DNA of 63,277 nt, filler included, from Folioceros fuciformis (lineage: Eukaryota): NCBI GenBank assembly GCA_049999805.1. It is 7 parts of 7 records of this genome, joined end to end, with 100 filler letters (N's around TTAATTAATTAA, not from the genome) between each part and the next. Parts side by side here need not be neighbours in the genome. Positions count along the whole stretch, not along the records: positions 10,432 to 13,303 come from JBNGIO010003530.1; positions 13,404 to 21,132 come from JBNGIO010003531.1; positions 21,233 to 31,622 come from JBNGIO010003533.1; 4 more parts are not named here. One strand, given 5' to 3'. The stretch's first letter is position 1; every line of letters starts with the position of its first letter. Below, piece after piece: positions 11,996-24,200 of the stretch. The translations under genes were made by a program, and so were the position numbers. The notes under the pieces are model-generated. The model was not told the origin of the DNA. It saw only the letters and a list, made by a program, of their open reading frames with translations, and searched no databases.

Positions 11996-13303
11996 TTTTA
12001 CTTGTTGCCATCATTTAACCTCTAGAGGTTAGATGTTACCATTACCACCATCTTCTTCTAACTTAAATGAAGACGATGATGAGAACATGTTTATCTAACA
12101 CTTACGTAAGGATTATTTGCTTTCTCTCTTCATAAAATACTATAAAGACTATGGTGCAAATGACAAAGAAAAACAAAAAAATATCTTACTACAAACATCA
12201 CTCAACTTAACCAAATCATTGAGCCAATACAATAACGAAGCATTGCACAATCCATTGGTAGTGTATAATAAGCTAAAAGTGAGAAACAAGAAACTTCTTC
12301 TTATGACATCGAGCACCTCTAAAGTTACTTAGACAACTTCTTCCATAGGTTTGGCTATAAAACCATAAATTTGTTGTTACATTGTATGTGATGCTAAGGT
12401 CTTTGTACGTATTCAATGTTAGTCCTTATTTTGTTCTTTTAACATCGAAAATGGTTGATCTATTAGCAATAGTTCCTTATTTATGTTCTTGCAAAGATGG
12501 TTGGATAGTTTCTTCTTGCAAGGATAGTTGGATAGTTTGATGTAAGTCTACATCTTCTATGTGAGAAGCATTTTGCATGGGGTTCGTTCAAAGATCATGA
12601 TCCGAGTTAAATGAATACTTAGAGACATTAGAAGAGTGTTATTCTATCGACTCATGTTGAGTAGTAGAGAAACTCAATGTGCCTATCCAACTTTCGCACA
12701 AAGAATATTTATACTCCATATTTGTAGAATACTATAAAGACTAAAGTGTAGATAGTTATGGAGACCACATGGTAGATAGGCCTCTTAGAAAATGGGTGGT
12801 ATTTGTTTTTTTTGGAGTTTTGATAGAATTCCTTGGAGAGGTAATTAGGAAACTATGTTAGATAAGGCTAGATTAAATAGGATGATCAGGAGATAGTGGT
12901 GATGCAGTTTAGAAAGACAACAATTGTCTAGCTAACCCGTGGCCGTGGAAAATGTGAAGTAGGGGGTAGGGTGTGCCTGTGGAGAGGGACGCCGGCGTGT
13001 GTGGAACCCTAAGTCGGGCGTGTGAGGGTGAGTTGGGGCCTCGGGAGCGTGCGGAAGGCGGTTGGGCATAGGCATGGAGGTAGGGTACCTAGGCCTGCTC
13101 TGGCCTTCGGACAGGGGGCCGGGGCTGAGGATCCTGGCCAGTAGGCGGCCCGGGCTGGCCTGCTACTGGGACGGATCCTGACGGGCGGACGGATCGGTGG
13201 CTGCAAGCCCATGCAAGATTCAACAAGCCGGGTGACCGTAGGGCGGCTCCAGGCACGCTGGGTTGTGGTGGCAAGGCAGCCGAATCTAGCCAGCCAGCAG
13301 ACG

Positions 13304-13403
13304 NNNNNNNNNNNNNNNNNNNNNNNNNNNNNNNNNNNNNNNNNNNNTTAATTAATTAANNNNNNNNNNNNNNNNNNNNNNNNNNNNNNNNNNNNNNNNN
13401 NNN
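13304..13403. other. Artificial contig linker
   Basis: N-TTAATTAATTAA-N. Confidence 0.97.
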
Positions 13404-14139
13404 CGATGGGGGCAGGGGGCCGTGGGCCCGCTCCCGGCTCCGGCCCTGGACCACCCGTGGCTGGTAACTGGAAGACAACCGGAAGTCAGCCGCACTGTGT
13501 CAGCCGGTTTGCGGCCCCGCTCCGGGTTGCCTTGCAGGTGTCAGACCCCACTCTCCACGTGGGCTCGCCCGCCCATTGACCCGCTGATCCCGACATACAC
13601 ATGCATGTACATACATTGCACATGCGTATGCACATACATGAATGAATGCATTTTGTTGTGTAACGTTTTTATTACGGCCTCGATCCTTCACATAATTGCA
13701 CGTATATCGGAGTAGATGCGATGAGTGGAGCCTCGCCACCGCCCACCATGAGTGTGTTGCACCGTTTTTTGCATCTTTCCTGTTTGCATCTGTTTTGTTT
13801 GTTCTCATCTCTTCTCCTGATATTTTGAAGGACTTGGATGGGATTGTGATGTGGGTTATGTACGGATCATTCTTTCGTGTTATTTTAGATATGTGGGTTC
13901 TATGTGGGGTACCACATTGTGATTTTCATTGTATGGCTTGGTCAAGATCCCTCTTTGTCTTGGTTGTATCGTCCAGGTTTGTTTTCTGTTATGGGCATGG
14001 ATGTCTTGATTTTTGTTTGTAGTTTGTTTGATAGAATATGAGTTGTACGACACCATATTTATACTCACTTAATATATATGTACTATCAATGAAGCATTTA
14101 TTGTACTGTATAACAAGCTTTAAATCTTAAGCTTCATTT

Positions 14140-15480
14140 GACTTTAGAAGTGGATGTACAAGAATTGTCCACTTCGAAGTTAAAACTTGTGCAAGCATGA
14201 GGATCTCTACTTTTCATTTCATTTGGATGGAGCTTCAAAGTAGGAGCTTGTGATAGCTTCGAGACCTCTAGTTATCCACGTCATTTGGATGGAGCTCCAA
14301 AGTTGGATCTTGTGCTAGCTTCCCAATCTCGAGTTCTCCACCTTGTTTGGATTGAGCTTTGAATCTCCACCAAATTTGGATGAGCTTCAAAGTTGGAACT
14401 TGTGCTAGCTTCGGAATCTCTACTACTCCNNNNNNNNNNNNNNNNNNNNNNNNNNNNNNNNNNNNNNNNNNNNNNNNNNNNNNNNNNNNNNNNNNNNNNN
14501 NNNNNNNNNNNNNNNNNNNNNNNNNNNNNTTGGGATCAAACTTTAAAGTGGGAACTTATGCTAGCTTCAAGATCTCTACTACTTCACCTCATTTGCATCA
14601 AGCTTCAAAGTGAGTACCTATGCTAACATGAGGACCTCTAGTTCTCCGCCTCATTTGGATCGAGCTTCAAAGTGGGAACTTGTGCTTGCTTCATGATCTC
14701 TAGTTCTCCACCTCTTTTGGATTAAGCTTCAAAGTTACGCAAGCATCAAGATCTCTTAGACTAGTTCTTGGCATCATTCAAACTTTGATGTTCAAATACT
14801 AGCATGAATGAAGATCTCAAACTCTTATCTCTACCTCCCTTACATGCTATCTAGCACTGAGATTTCTAGCAATTCTTGCCATCTCACATGGAGCTTTTAA
14901 CTTTTGATCTTGCACTAACATTAGAATCTCAAGTTCTCCACTAATAGTTTGAGGATGTCGAATTCCTCACTCATGCAAACATAAGGATCTCTAGTGCTCC
15001 GCCTCTCTTGTGATAGTAATAGGATCTATAGCTGTCCACTAGAGTCCCTTACGCTAGCAAGCATGATGTCTCTTGTTCTCCACCTCTCTTATTGTGCAAG
15101 TAGTAGAATCTACAATTGTCCACCTCTTTTGTTTCTAGCTATAGGATGTATAGTCCTCCACCTTTCTTATGCTCGGCTAGCATTAGCATCTCTAATTCTC
15201 CAGCTCACTTTGGATTTCAAACTAGCAAAGTAAACTCACATCACTCCACCTTGCATGTGATATAGTTCTCTGTCTCTCTTGAACTAGCACAAGAATCTAG
15301 AGTTCACTTCAAGGATCTCAAGTTCTCCTCCTTACTCTCAACTAGGCTCTCGAGCAAGTATCACGATCTCTAATCCTCTACCTCACTTGTAGCTTGAAGA
15401 TGTAAACCTCGGCTTAGCATTATAGCTTATGTACTAGTTACAGGTGGAACATCTCACCCGACCTCACCTCACCTCACCTC
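14140..15480. repeat. 62-bp tandem satellite decaying into shorter GATCTCTAGTTCTCCACCTC-type units
   Basis: TTGGAT.GAGCTTCAAAGT recurs with 62-bp period (14221/14283/14345 and 14531/14593/14655/14717). A 100-N gap lies inside the array. Confidence 0.85.
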
Positions 15481-16559
15481 ACTTGTAGCTTGTGAAAGAA
15501 AGAAAGACAAACAAACGATCCCCCAACAAGGACAAGAGCAATGCGCAGCATGTGAAGAACATTCGTAAATCTTAACCAGACATGTAATATATTAGTATAC
15601 ATTCATAGCTCGGGCTGGCTACAGCAAGATAAGGACATGCATTTGCTTTCCTTGAACCGCATGCAATGCATGGAGACAAAGAGAAGCGGTCCACTGTTTT
15701 GGGGTGCCGGCCGTCTACGATAGTCGTTAGGTGCCGGCAAGACCGGCGGCGGCGGCGACGGTGGAGGCCCGGGGGCGGTAAATGCATGACCGGAGGAGAT
15801 ACGTATAGGCAGCAGTGGCCGTGGTGACCGAGGAGCCCGGGAGGCGTGGAGCCTGGGAATTGGGGCAAGCAGTGGCTGGATAAACCAAGGACTGCGCTTT
15901 TAAAAGGGGAGCAGGATCCTGGGAGATCCCAGGAGCCTGCCAGCGCTGTGACTGGATGACCCGGTCTCGACCCCGGCCCCTTCCCCCCACCTTTTGCAAT
16001 AAGGTTTATTGCCTGGGCCGCGGTCCCACTGCCCCTTATGTGTCTTTATCTCATGTTATGTTATGGCATGGTATGTCAGGTACGATACATCCATACGCAT
16101 GTGGGGATGCACATGCCCCCGGCGCACGTAACTGGCCCGCGGTCTCCCGTTACGTTAAGCAAAAGGGAACCGGAAGCAGGGGAGGGCTTGACCGCGCAGT
16201 CAAAGGGGCCGACATGAAGTCACCGGGGAAACGGGGTCGTTGACCCCACCCCGCGCGCCTTGTCCTGTAGCAGCAGACCGGGCACGCCGGTCCCCGGTTG
16301 GCGGTACCCGACCGGGTAGGATAGCCGGCCGTACCGCAGGGCCTGCGCAGCCCATGTTAGGCGTGTCAGCCCATGGCCTGGACCTTCACGGGATCCAGGG
16401 CAGCGGCCAGGCCAGCCAGCCCAGCCCCAGCCTCCCAGCCACTGACTTCACACGACTCTCACAGGCCCCGTCAGGAGCAGCATGTTCTGGAAATGATCAG
16501 GGCTGTACGCCGGGGCAAGGGACGGCACGGCAGGGAAGCCATTGCAACGTCGTCTCTCC

Positions 16560-17100
16560 CTTTCTCCTTCCTTCCTTCCTTCCTTCCTCCCTGTCTTCCT
16601 CCCGTTCTTCCTTCCTTCCTTCTTTCCTTCTTCACGCTCCGCTTTGGACTTGCAGAGCGATTGATAACGTTACGGGGTTACGGGCCCCGCAACTGCTACT
16701 CCAGACAGGTACTCACAGTACGTATGGGCACGCAGGGCAGGGCAGGGCAGGACAGCCCAGGCCAGGGCCAGGGCAGGACAGGCCAGGCCAGGCCAGGCCA
16801 GGGCCAGGGCTGGACTGGGCTGGCTTGACGCCCACGACGGGATCGGCGTGGATCGCCATCACGCCGTTTATTGTCAGTCATGCCTGCTTTATGACCGCTA
16901 GCGCTCTCACAGTTTTTCAAACCTCCAAGTACGCCCATATCTCCGCTTGGCTGGCCGAATCTGGCCGCTCGTGGTTCATTAAACTGCACCGTCACTCGTC
17001 CAGCCTTCCCCTACAGACTCTGATCTGCTCTGTCCTGGCTTGCACTGCACTGCACTGCACTGCCATGCCATGCCATGCCCGCCCAGCCTGGCCCGGCCCT
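16560..17100. repeat. Simple-sequence cluster: (TTCC)n, (GGCCA/GGGCA)n, (TGCAC)n
   Basis: Visible runs at 16560-16630, 16730-16815 and 17040-17080. Confidence 0.8.
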
Positions 17101-17958
17101 GCCCCCGGCTCCCTGCCGTGACGGGTCGCTTCTGCTCCCCCGCGGGGCCTCGGGCGCCCCCTCTCCTTGTCTGGATTTGCCTCACGTCCTCCTCTAACCC
17201 AAACAGTTGAAAGCACCACTCCTCCGTTCCACGTCTCTCCTAGGACAGGACAGGATAGGATATCTTTGTGGGTTCTACTTGAGGTTTGTGGGTTTTCCTT
17301 GCTGCCTGCTCCATTCTCGAGAAGGGAGGAGATACATGCATCACGCCCAGAACACAGTTGTGTCGAAATGTGTTCGAACATGTGATGAAGGGGTTTGGAG
17401 TTGTCCAAGGTTATCTTGAGGGGATTTGTGGGTTTTCCTCTACGGCCCCGGCCGTCCTCGGCCCCTTTTGGAAGAGGATTGGGAGGAAACCCCAACAACG
17501 AGGATGAAATCCTTCCTTCACACGTTACGAACTGGGGAGGGGTGAGAGAGAAGCAAGGAAGGGAGGGAGCCCGAGAGTGTGGAATTCTCCCAGGATATGT
17601 TGTGGGATAGAGTGGCGGGTTTCCCTTGCTGGCGGGTCTTCGGGAACGGGGCGATGCATTTGTATGTAGCTAGATATGCACACGTATCATCCCGAGACGA
17701 GGCGCTCCGTGAAAACGCCAGCCACGAGCTTGACTGCGTGGGAGCATGAACTCGGGCAGAGCAGTGCACTGCAGTGCAGTCAACAAAGAGTGTGGGTCGT
17801 CCAGTCGCAGTGGCGAGTTTAATGCTGAAGTTGACTGGCCCCAAATTTACGGAGACGAGACGGGGTGCCATACATGAGGTCACAGAATGTTCGTGGATCA
17901 GGGCCGATTCCACTTTGCCGGAGCTGGGCAAGGCAGCGCACTCCACGTTAGTCTGGTG

Positions 17959-18673
17959 TCATGCTAATGGCATGAGAGGCAGCAGGAGCCGGAGCCTGAT
18001 GAGCCTTTCCTGTCGTTCCACTGCATCCTGTATGTACTCGGTCGCCGCGTCGGCGTCGGACTCGGCCTCGGCCTCGGCCAATCCCTGACGCTGATGCTGA
18101 CGCTCGGGGGCAGGCAAGGGTGGCGTCACGTTGCTCGCCGACGGTGTGTCGTCACGCCCCGAACAGTAGCAGTCTGTTCTGCTGCTACTCCTGATGGCTT
18201 GTTAAACTGGGCTTGAGCCTCTGTCGTCTTGTGTTCTGACGACTCAACTTGTGAGGCTGCCTTCGTGCGCATCACCCACACGAACAACCCAGTCTCCAAC
18301 TCCAACTGGCCTCGTTTTGGTCTGGACCGCTGGACGGCTATTCCCGTCTTGCCATCTTTCCCATGTATGGATGGATGTGGACGCCACCCATGGATGGATG
18401 GATGTGGACGCCAACCTCCACACGTCGACAATGTGGTTAGGATTGCAAGTCGGGATGCTGGGGGTAGTTACCGTTGCCTTCACTTCACTTCACGTCACTT
18501 CCCATCCCATCCCTAGAAGGCAAGGACCCGAACTCCCCTGCTTGTCCATGATGATGTTGGCCGATCATGCGTGCCGTTGCTCCCCCCGCTCCTCCCTCTT
18601 CTGACCTAGATTGGATCGGAAATGCTTTCAGGGCCTTCATCCCTTCAGGCGCCACGGGATTCGTCGAGCCCAT
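17959..18673 (-). CDS. Putative two-exon 99-aa small protein (exons 18673-18606 and 18190-17959)
   Basis: Upstream TATA box, ATG, AG|GTCAG donor and CAG| acceptor join in frame. The C-terminus is AEAESDADAATEYIQDAVERQERLIRLRLLLPLMPLA*. The acceptor pyrimidine tract is weak. Confidence 0.35.
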
Positions 18674-18756
18674 TCCATTCCGGCCCGGCCCCTGATTGAT
18701 TCATCGTCTAACTGTGTTGGATTTTGGAGGATTCTCCTCGGGCAGAGAGGAGCCCC

Positions 18757-18765
18757 TATTTATAG
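18757..18765 (-). promoter_or_regulatory. TATA box
   Basis: CTATAAATA on the minus strand in GC-rich flanks, ~85 bp upstream of the ATG at 18673. Confidence 0.5.
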
Positions 18766-19439
18766 CCCCTCTTAATCAACCCACCGGATGCAGGGAGCTC
18801 TCAAGTGTGACACCTCCCCGCTGCCGCCCACCTACTCTTCTCCATATCATGCCCTGACAGGGGGCTAATTTTATATGGCCGTGCGTCTCCTTTCCAAACC
18901 TCCCACCCAGGTTCCAGCCCCAGCCTATCGTGACTTCCACGTACGGATCATATCCTTTTCCTTTCAATTCCTTTCGAAGTTGTCCATTTGGTATCTCCCT
19001 TTCTGTGAAGGGAGAGCCACATTGACTTCGTTTCTCTCGACTCCGGAGATCAATGTGGAAGGAAAAGGAAGGGAAGGGCATAGGACCTTTCCATACAATT
19101 CTTCACGCCCGAGAATTGGGATGGCCGTGGGTGATACCTCCTTTGTGAGGAATGTGCGGATGTTATGATACACCAAAGCCACTCCGAGCGGTACTTAAAG
19201 TTCACTCTTATCGTATCTGTAGTCACATGATTTACAGCTCAACTCCACATGAGTGCATGGTTTGCCCATGTTCACTGTCTGCAAGAAGTAGACTAGGTTT
19301 GTTACTTAAACTATCAGATCCTTTCGAGCTTAAGGAAGATACAAACATGAGATGTTTTGGATTCCATGGGCAGTTGAAATTTAAGAGAAACAAGCTTAGA
19401 GTACCCATCACGCAAAGATGGCTAACAATGACCGACAGT

Positions 19440-19961
19440 CTAAAATTCTCCAGCGGTTGACCAAATCGGTAAAGTGCTCCAGGTCCTATCACGTGAAAAG
19501 GATACGAAAATCACAGCTTCACCAACCCCGTGCTCATTTTCTCGAAGTATGAGTTGATACATCTTGTTCCTTGCAACTTTCCCATAATAAGGGGTGTTAG
19601 CGGCACTCTCTGAACTCCAAATAGCTTGCTTCTGGGCAGGAGGAATAATGATGCTGCTGACGTTGTGGACAATCGAAGGGACTATAACCAGGTCACCATC
19701 GTACTCTAGCTTAGCTTCGCAGTTCTGGAATCCGAGACGGGTTGTGTTCGAGGACCAAATCGGTTGAAAGTAGCCTTCCTTACTGATTTCTAAAGCACAG
19801 CCAGGCGCTAGTGTAAGACGATATGCTCCAAACTCCACGAACTCGCCGACCTTCAGTTTATCACCCTGGTGTAAGTTTGTCCTCCCGATCGGAAGTTTTG
19901 CATCGATACAAGCGCAGAAGAATAAGGAGCAAATAATGGTTAGTCCGGGCCTGAGTGCCAT
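19440..19961 (-). CDS. Secreted bulb-type (B-/GNA-like) lectin-domain protein, intronless
   Basis: Signal peptide MALRPGLTIICSLFFCACIDA; LHQGDKLKVGE..GAYRLTL..CAL, PIWSSNT, C.AKLEYDGDLVI, AIWSS. Confidence 0.8.
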   Translation of the reverse strand: MALRPGLTIICSLFFCACIDAKLPIGRTNLHQGDKLKVGEFVEFGAYRLTLAPGCALEISKEGYFQPIWSSNTTRLGFQNCEAKLEYDGDLVIVPSIVHNVSSIIIPPAQKQAIWSSESAANTPYYGKVARNKMYQLILRENEHGVGEAVIFVSFSRDRTWSTLPIWSTAGEF

Positions 19962-20493
19962 TTTTTTCACCTGATCGTGCTCTCCGAGTGAAGTGTTGGT
20001 GTTCAGTATTGGAGCTGTGTTTCGACTTCTCTTAAGAAGGAGGAAGCAGGAGAAGGGTCGACAAGGAAAAGCATGAAAGGCGTGTCCTTTTCGTTCCCCG
20101 TCTGCAAGAAGACAAATGCTGGTTACGGTTCATCTCAGAACTTTGCGACGGGAGGAATTGATTTTTAGAATACCGTGCAAGGCAGACCCACTTCACAAGG
20201 CATGAGGGTATCTTTTAGGTTCAGAAGCGATCCTTTACACACGGCAGTCTTCCTGACATGGGTTTGGAGTTAGCCGGTTCTCTAGCTTCCAAAACCTGAA
20301 CCACTTGCTGCATCCCTTCGCCTACACCAGTGAAACTGCAGAACTTGAAGCACAGATCTGGCTTCACTTACAGCGGTGGGCACCAGTCCATCCGGCTGCA
20401 AGCTACGTACGCAATCAAACGCATTCATCATTCTTCAGAGTATCAACTAGTCAGATGACTAACATATCTACCAGAAGTGGACTACGGTTGCCC

Positions 20494-20889
20494 CTACTCG
20501 GACTCCTTGACCTTCTTGAACTGAGTATTTAGCTTCTCCAGTTGGACCAGCAACTGCACCACTCGGTAGAGCAGCCAGTACAGCAGAATAGAACCAATGA
20601 CCAAAATCAAGTTCCGCTGGCTCTTGTACAGGGACTTGATGTGGCGGTCGTGCTCAGCTACACTGCAGTGAGCGTCCTTGCAATTCTGTGGCATATGCTC
20701 GTACTTCCAGTAAATTTCCAGCAGCAGAAACAGGCCAAACGGCACAACCGCAAGGAGAGGCTGCAACAAGCCTCTGGCCACGGTAATCAGGCCCCTCCGG
20801 AGTCCATCCAACCCAGGGAGCGTCAGCACCAACAGCAGCAGCCCCTCCGCACCTGTTGCCAGCGCCAGTGCAATCCACTCCAGAGCCAT
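20494..20889 (-). CDS. Short plant BAP31-like ER membrane protein
   Basis: MALEW..AEGLLLLVLTLPGLDGLRRGL..EIYWKYE..C...C...EH.RH.KS..KSQRN, three TM segments and a C-terminal coiled coil. Confidence 0.9.
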   Translation of the reverse strand: MALEWIALALATGAEGLLLLVLTLPGLDGLRRGLITVARGLLQPLLAVVPFGLFLLLEIYWKYEHMPQNCKDAHCSVAEHDRHIKSLYKSQRNLILVIGSILLYWLLYRVVQLLVQLEKLNTQFKKVKESE

Positions 20890-21132
20890 GTCTGCTCCTT
20901 CTCCACGACAATAACGTCACCAACAGGTCACCACCTGCACCAACCAAACACTAAGAAGCCGCGCCAAAAACTTACGGAGCAAGCCAGGCCCGCCATCCGA
21001 CCTTCCTCAAACCCTAATCACCATCCAAAGCAACCAAACTCGCAGCACCCCGTCACACGAACATCGCTAAGGTCAGGCACCTGTAAATTCACGCAAAAAT
21101 AGAACACTTCCCATACCATCGACAAGCACTGA

Positions 21133-21232
21133 NNNNNNNNNNNNNNNNNNNNNNNNNNNNNNNNNNNNNNNNNNNNTTAATTAATTAANNNNNNNNNNNN
21201 NNNNNNNNNNNNNNNNNNNNNNNNNNNNNNNN
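21133..21232. other. Artificial contig linker
   Basis: N-TTAATTAATTAA-N. Confidence 0.97.
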
Positions 21233-24200
21233 GAGCAGCAGGGTCTGGGTACCAGAGAGCAGGGGCGCAAGCTGCTGCAGGCAAGGGTGGCGGCGCAGGG
21301 GGGCCCGGCCCTTCAGGCAGCGCCCCACCGCTACAAGTCTCCCCACAGACCTTCTCCCCCGTGCCTTCCCCCCGTGCAGGCTCGGGGCCTGGACCAGGCA
21401 ATCGCGGGTGGGTGCTGTGCCCTGTTGCCTTTCCTCGCCCTCTTGCGGATTAGGGTTGGAGCCTCTGCGTGGCCAGTCGGGAGCCGCAAGATCCGCAATT
21501 TGGCTGCTGTTTCCTTGTGTTGCTGTCTGCGTCGGCTGTGCTGCCTCTGAATTTTGTGATTTAGGTTGTCGCAAGTAGCGGCTTCCAGCTTCCAGCTTTT
21601 GGCCTCAGTCCCTGAGGCTGGAGCCTTGTGCTTGCTATTGCCTTCTTTTTCTTTTTGTGTGCCCTGCGTGTCTCTTGTGTTTCAGCTCTAGTAGCGTTGC
21701 GTGGCCTGGCCTTGGCTTGAATTGTGCCGTAATTGTGCTCACTTGCCTCGTGCTGCCAGGGGGAAAAGGTCCAATGGATCAGCTGGATCGGCGAAAGGTC
21801 ATTCCGGGGGAGGAGGGTATGACCATGGAGGGAACTATTACAAGGCTGTCCCACCAGTCCCCTATCAGCAGCAGCCGCAGGGGACTGTGCCGCCGCAGTC
21901 CCAGCCAGCCACACTGCAGCAGCCGCACCCGCAGCAAGAACAGAGGCCTCCTCAAGAACAGGATCATCACCAGGGGCAACAGCAGCAAGGTAATTATGCT
22001 ATCCTACGCCGTATGCGTAATTGGCCAAGGTCTTTATCGCAGCCAAGTCGGCTTGTTTCTGACGCCAGCCGGGGTCTCTCTCTGGTCTGCAGATGCACTG
22101 GCCAGGCAGCGAGTGGCGTCCTCGAGTGCGAACCAGCCGCCCCATATGACTCCAGCAGGTTTGCAGACTCATCCCAAGCTTGCAAATCCTGGACAGCTAG
22201 GTGCGCTTCCCGCTGTTGAGCCGCGTCCCAATGAGGCGCCAAGTGTACCGTCCAAACCAGGTCTCAAGGTCGCTGTGCCTTCAAGTCCCGTGGCTGTGGA
22301 ACCGCCAGCATCACCTGCTCCTATGCCCGGTACGTCCTCGTTTCGACTGGTTTGTCAATTTGCTGCCTTCCGCGTTCCTCCCTTGAGCAGGACGAGGGGG
22401 ACCTGGTTCTCATGTATGCCCCATTGTTGTTGTTTCAGCTGCTTCTCCAGATTTGACTCGAGCAGGATTGCAACCGTCGTTTCCTTTTCAATTCGGCAGC
22501 CTTAGTCCTGGTTGCATGCAGGTACGGTGTCTCACGTTTATTTTGAAGTATTGCAGATGCTCTTGGGTTAGTCAGTCGATCTTGTTCTGACCACAAGCAC
22601 GTCGCAGATCCCTCCTCGTACTCATTCAGCTCCTCCCAATCTGGATGAACAAAAATGGGACCAGGTCAGTGTTTGCCCTCTTTCTTCGAAGGTTATTCGT
22701 ATATGTTTACGGGATGAAGATCTTGATGTTCTGCCTTTTCATTGCGCAGGCTAGATTCGAGTCTGCCAGGACTGTGCAGGCAAATAAGCTTCCTCCGGTT
22801 TCATTAGGGCAGCAGCCTGCACAGGTATTTGCAGGTCTTTTGTTCAGCTGCTGGATGTTGTAGCACGTATAATGATGCACATGAGGAATGATTGTCGGTT
22901 TTCTCGTTGGAACAGCCGATGTCGTACAATGCTGCCAGATCTGTGGAGCCATCTAGCGAGCAGATTCTGCAACCTCATTCTGGGCAGCTGTCCAACGCTT
23001 TTGGATTGCAGCAGTCGCCTCCCCAGCAGCCTTTGAATCTGGGAATGGTTGAGCCTCAGCCTCAGCTTCAGTATTCACAGGGACAGAATCACCTTCCCCC
23101 ACAGCCTCCTGTGCAGCGAATTTCACAGCTCTTACCACCAGAAGGACAGCCTGTAATACAGATGCAAGGTCAGCTGCCTACGGTACAGGTCTCTCAAGGG
23201 GGTCTTCCTACTCAGCTCTTTTCTCCCCAGGGTAGCATGGCACAGAAGGGCTTAGTGCAGCAGAATATGGGTCAGATGAAGTACACTCACACAAACATGT
23301 TAACAGGTCAACTGATTCCACCTCAGATGACGAATGCGCTTGGTGGTCCACTGTCTCCGCAGCAGTTGCCGTCCCAGTTAGTTCATCCGCTTAGTCAGAT
23401 CCCGTTGGCTGGTCAACTTCCACCAGGTATTCCAGGGAATCATTATGGGCAGGTCCAACCACAATTCATGCAGCAGAGGACCAGTAGCGCTGTGAAGATA
23501 GTACATCCGGTAACTCATGAAGAGTTACGGTTTGATGGCAAAGGGAAGAAGGGGGAGTACTTGAACAGCCCAACGTCAGGCCCCCCTTCCCCAGGTCTTC
23601 CGGGGCGTGTGGTTTCCGCCAATGGGCTACCAAGGCCCACAGTGCCTTTCGCAGCCGGGCGGTTGCAACCTCAAGGAATGGCGTTTAATTACTATGGTCC
23701 TTACAGCCATGCTCCCCATCAACCGTATTATCCTTCTGTCGGGTCAAAGGGAGGGGTCCCTCCCCCTCCACCTCAGATGAACTCCCCCACTGCAAGGTAT
23801 GGTTATCCTGGCTCTGGCCAAGGAGGTCCTTATGTTGGTCATCCACCATCGTCACCCCTTCAACCTCAACCTGTTTCCCAGGTTGGCCACGGTGGTATGA
23901 GTATAGGTCTTGCTGGGCCCGCTCCTCCAACTGAGGTATTCGTGAGTCAATCCCCCACCCCAGTTGTGCTAGTTCCTGGGCCCATTGCAACGCAGCTACC
24001 TCTGCCTGCTACTGCGGGGGTCAAGATTACCCCACCAGATGCAACTCATCCTCCACCAGCAGTTGTGGAACCATCTGCACCTCTCACCAGCAAGCCTCAG
24101 ATTATGGTGACCATTCCTGACTCGTCAGCAACAACTCCTTGTTCTAGTCCTGTGGTTGCTCTTAAATTTGGGGATATTGAAAGTGCTAACTCTCCTGCTG

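Noticed and set aside
16240-17121. 293-aa ORF
   Set aside because: Non-ATG start and composed largely of translated microsatellites in GC-rich DNA.
17995-18020. CTGATGAG hammerhead-like core
   Set aside because: No following stem II and GAAA.
18620-18805. Weak miR166- and miR159-like words
   Set aside because: Too many mismatches and no star arm found.
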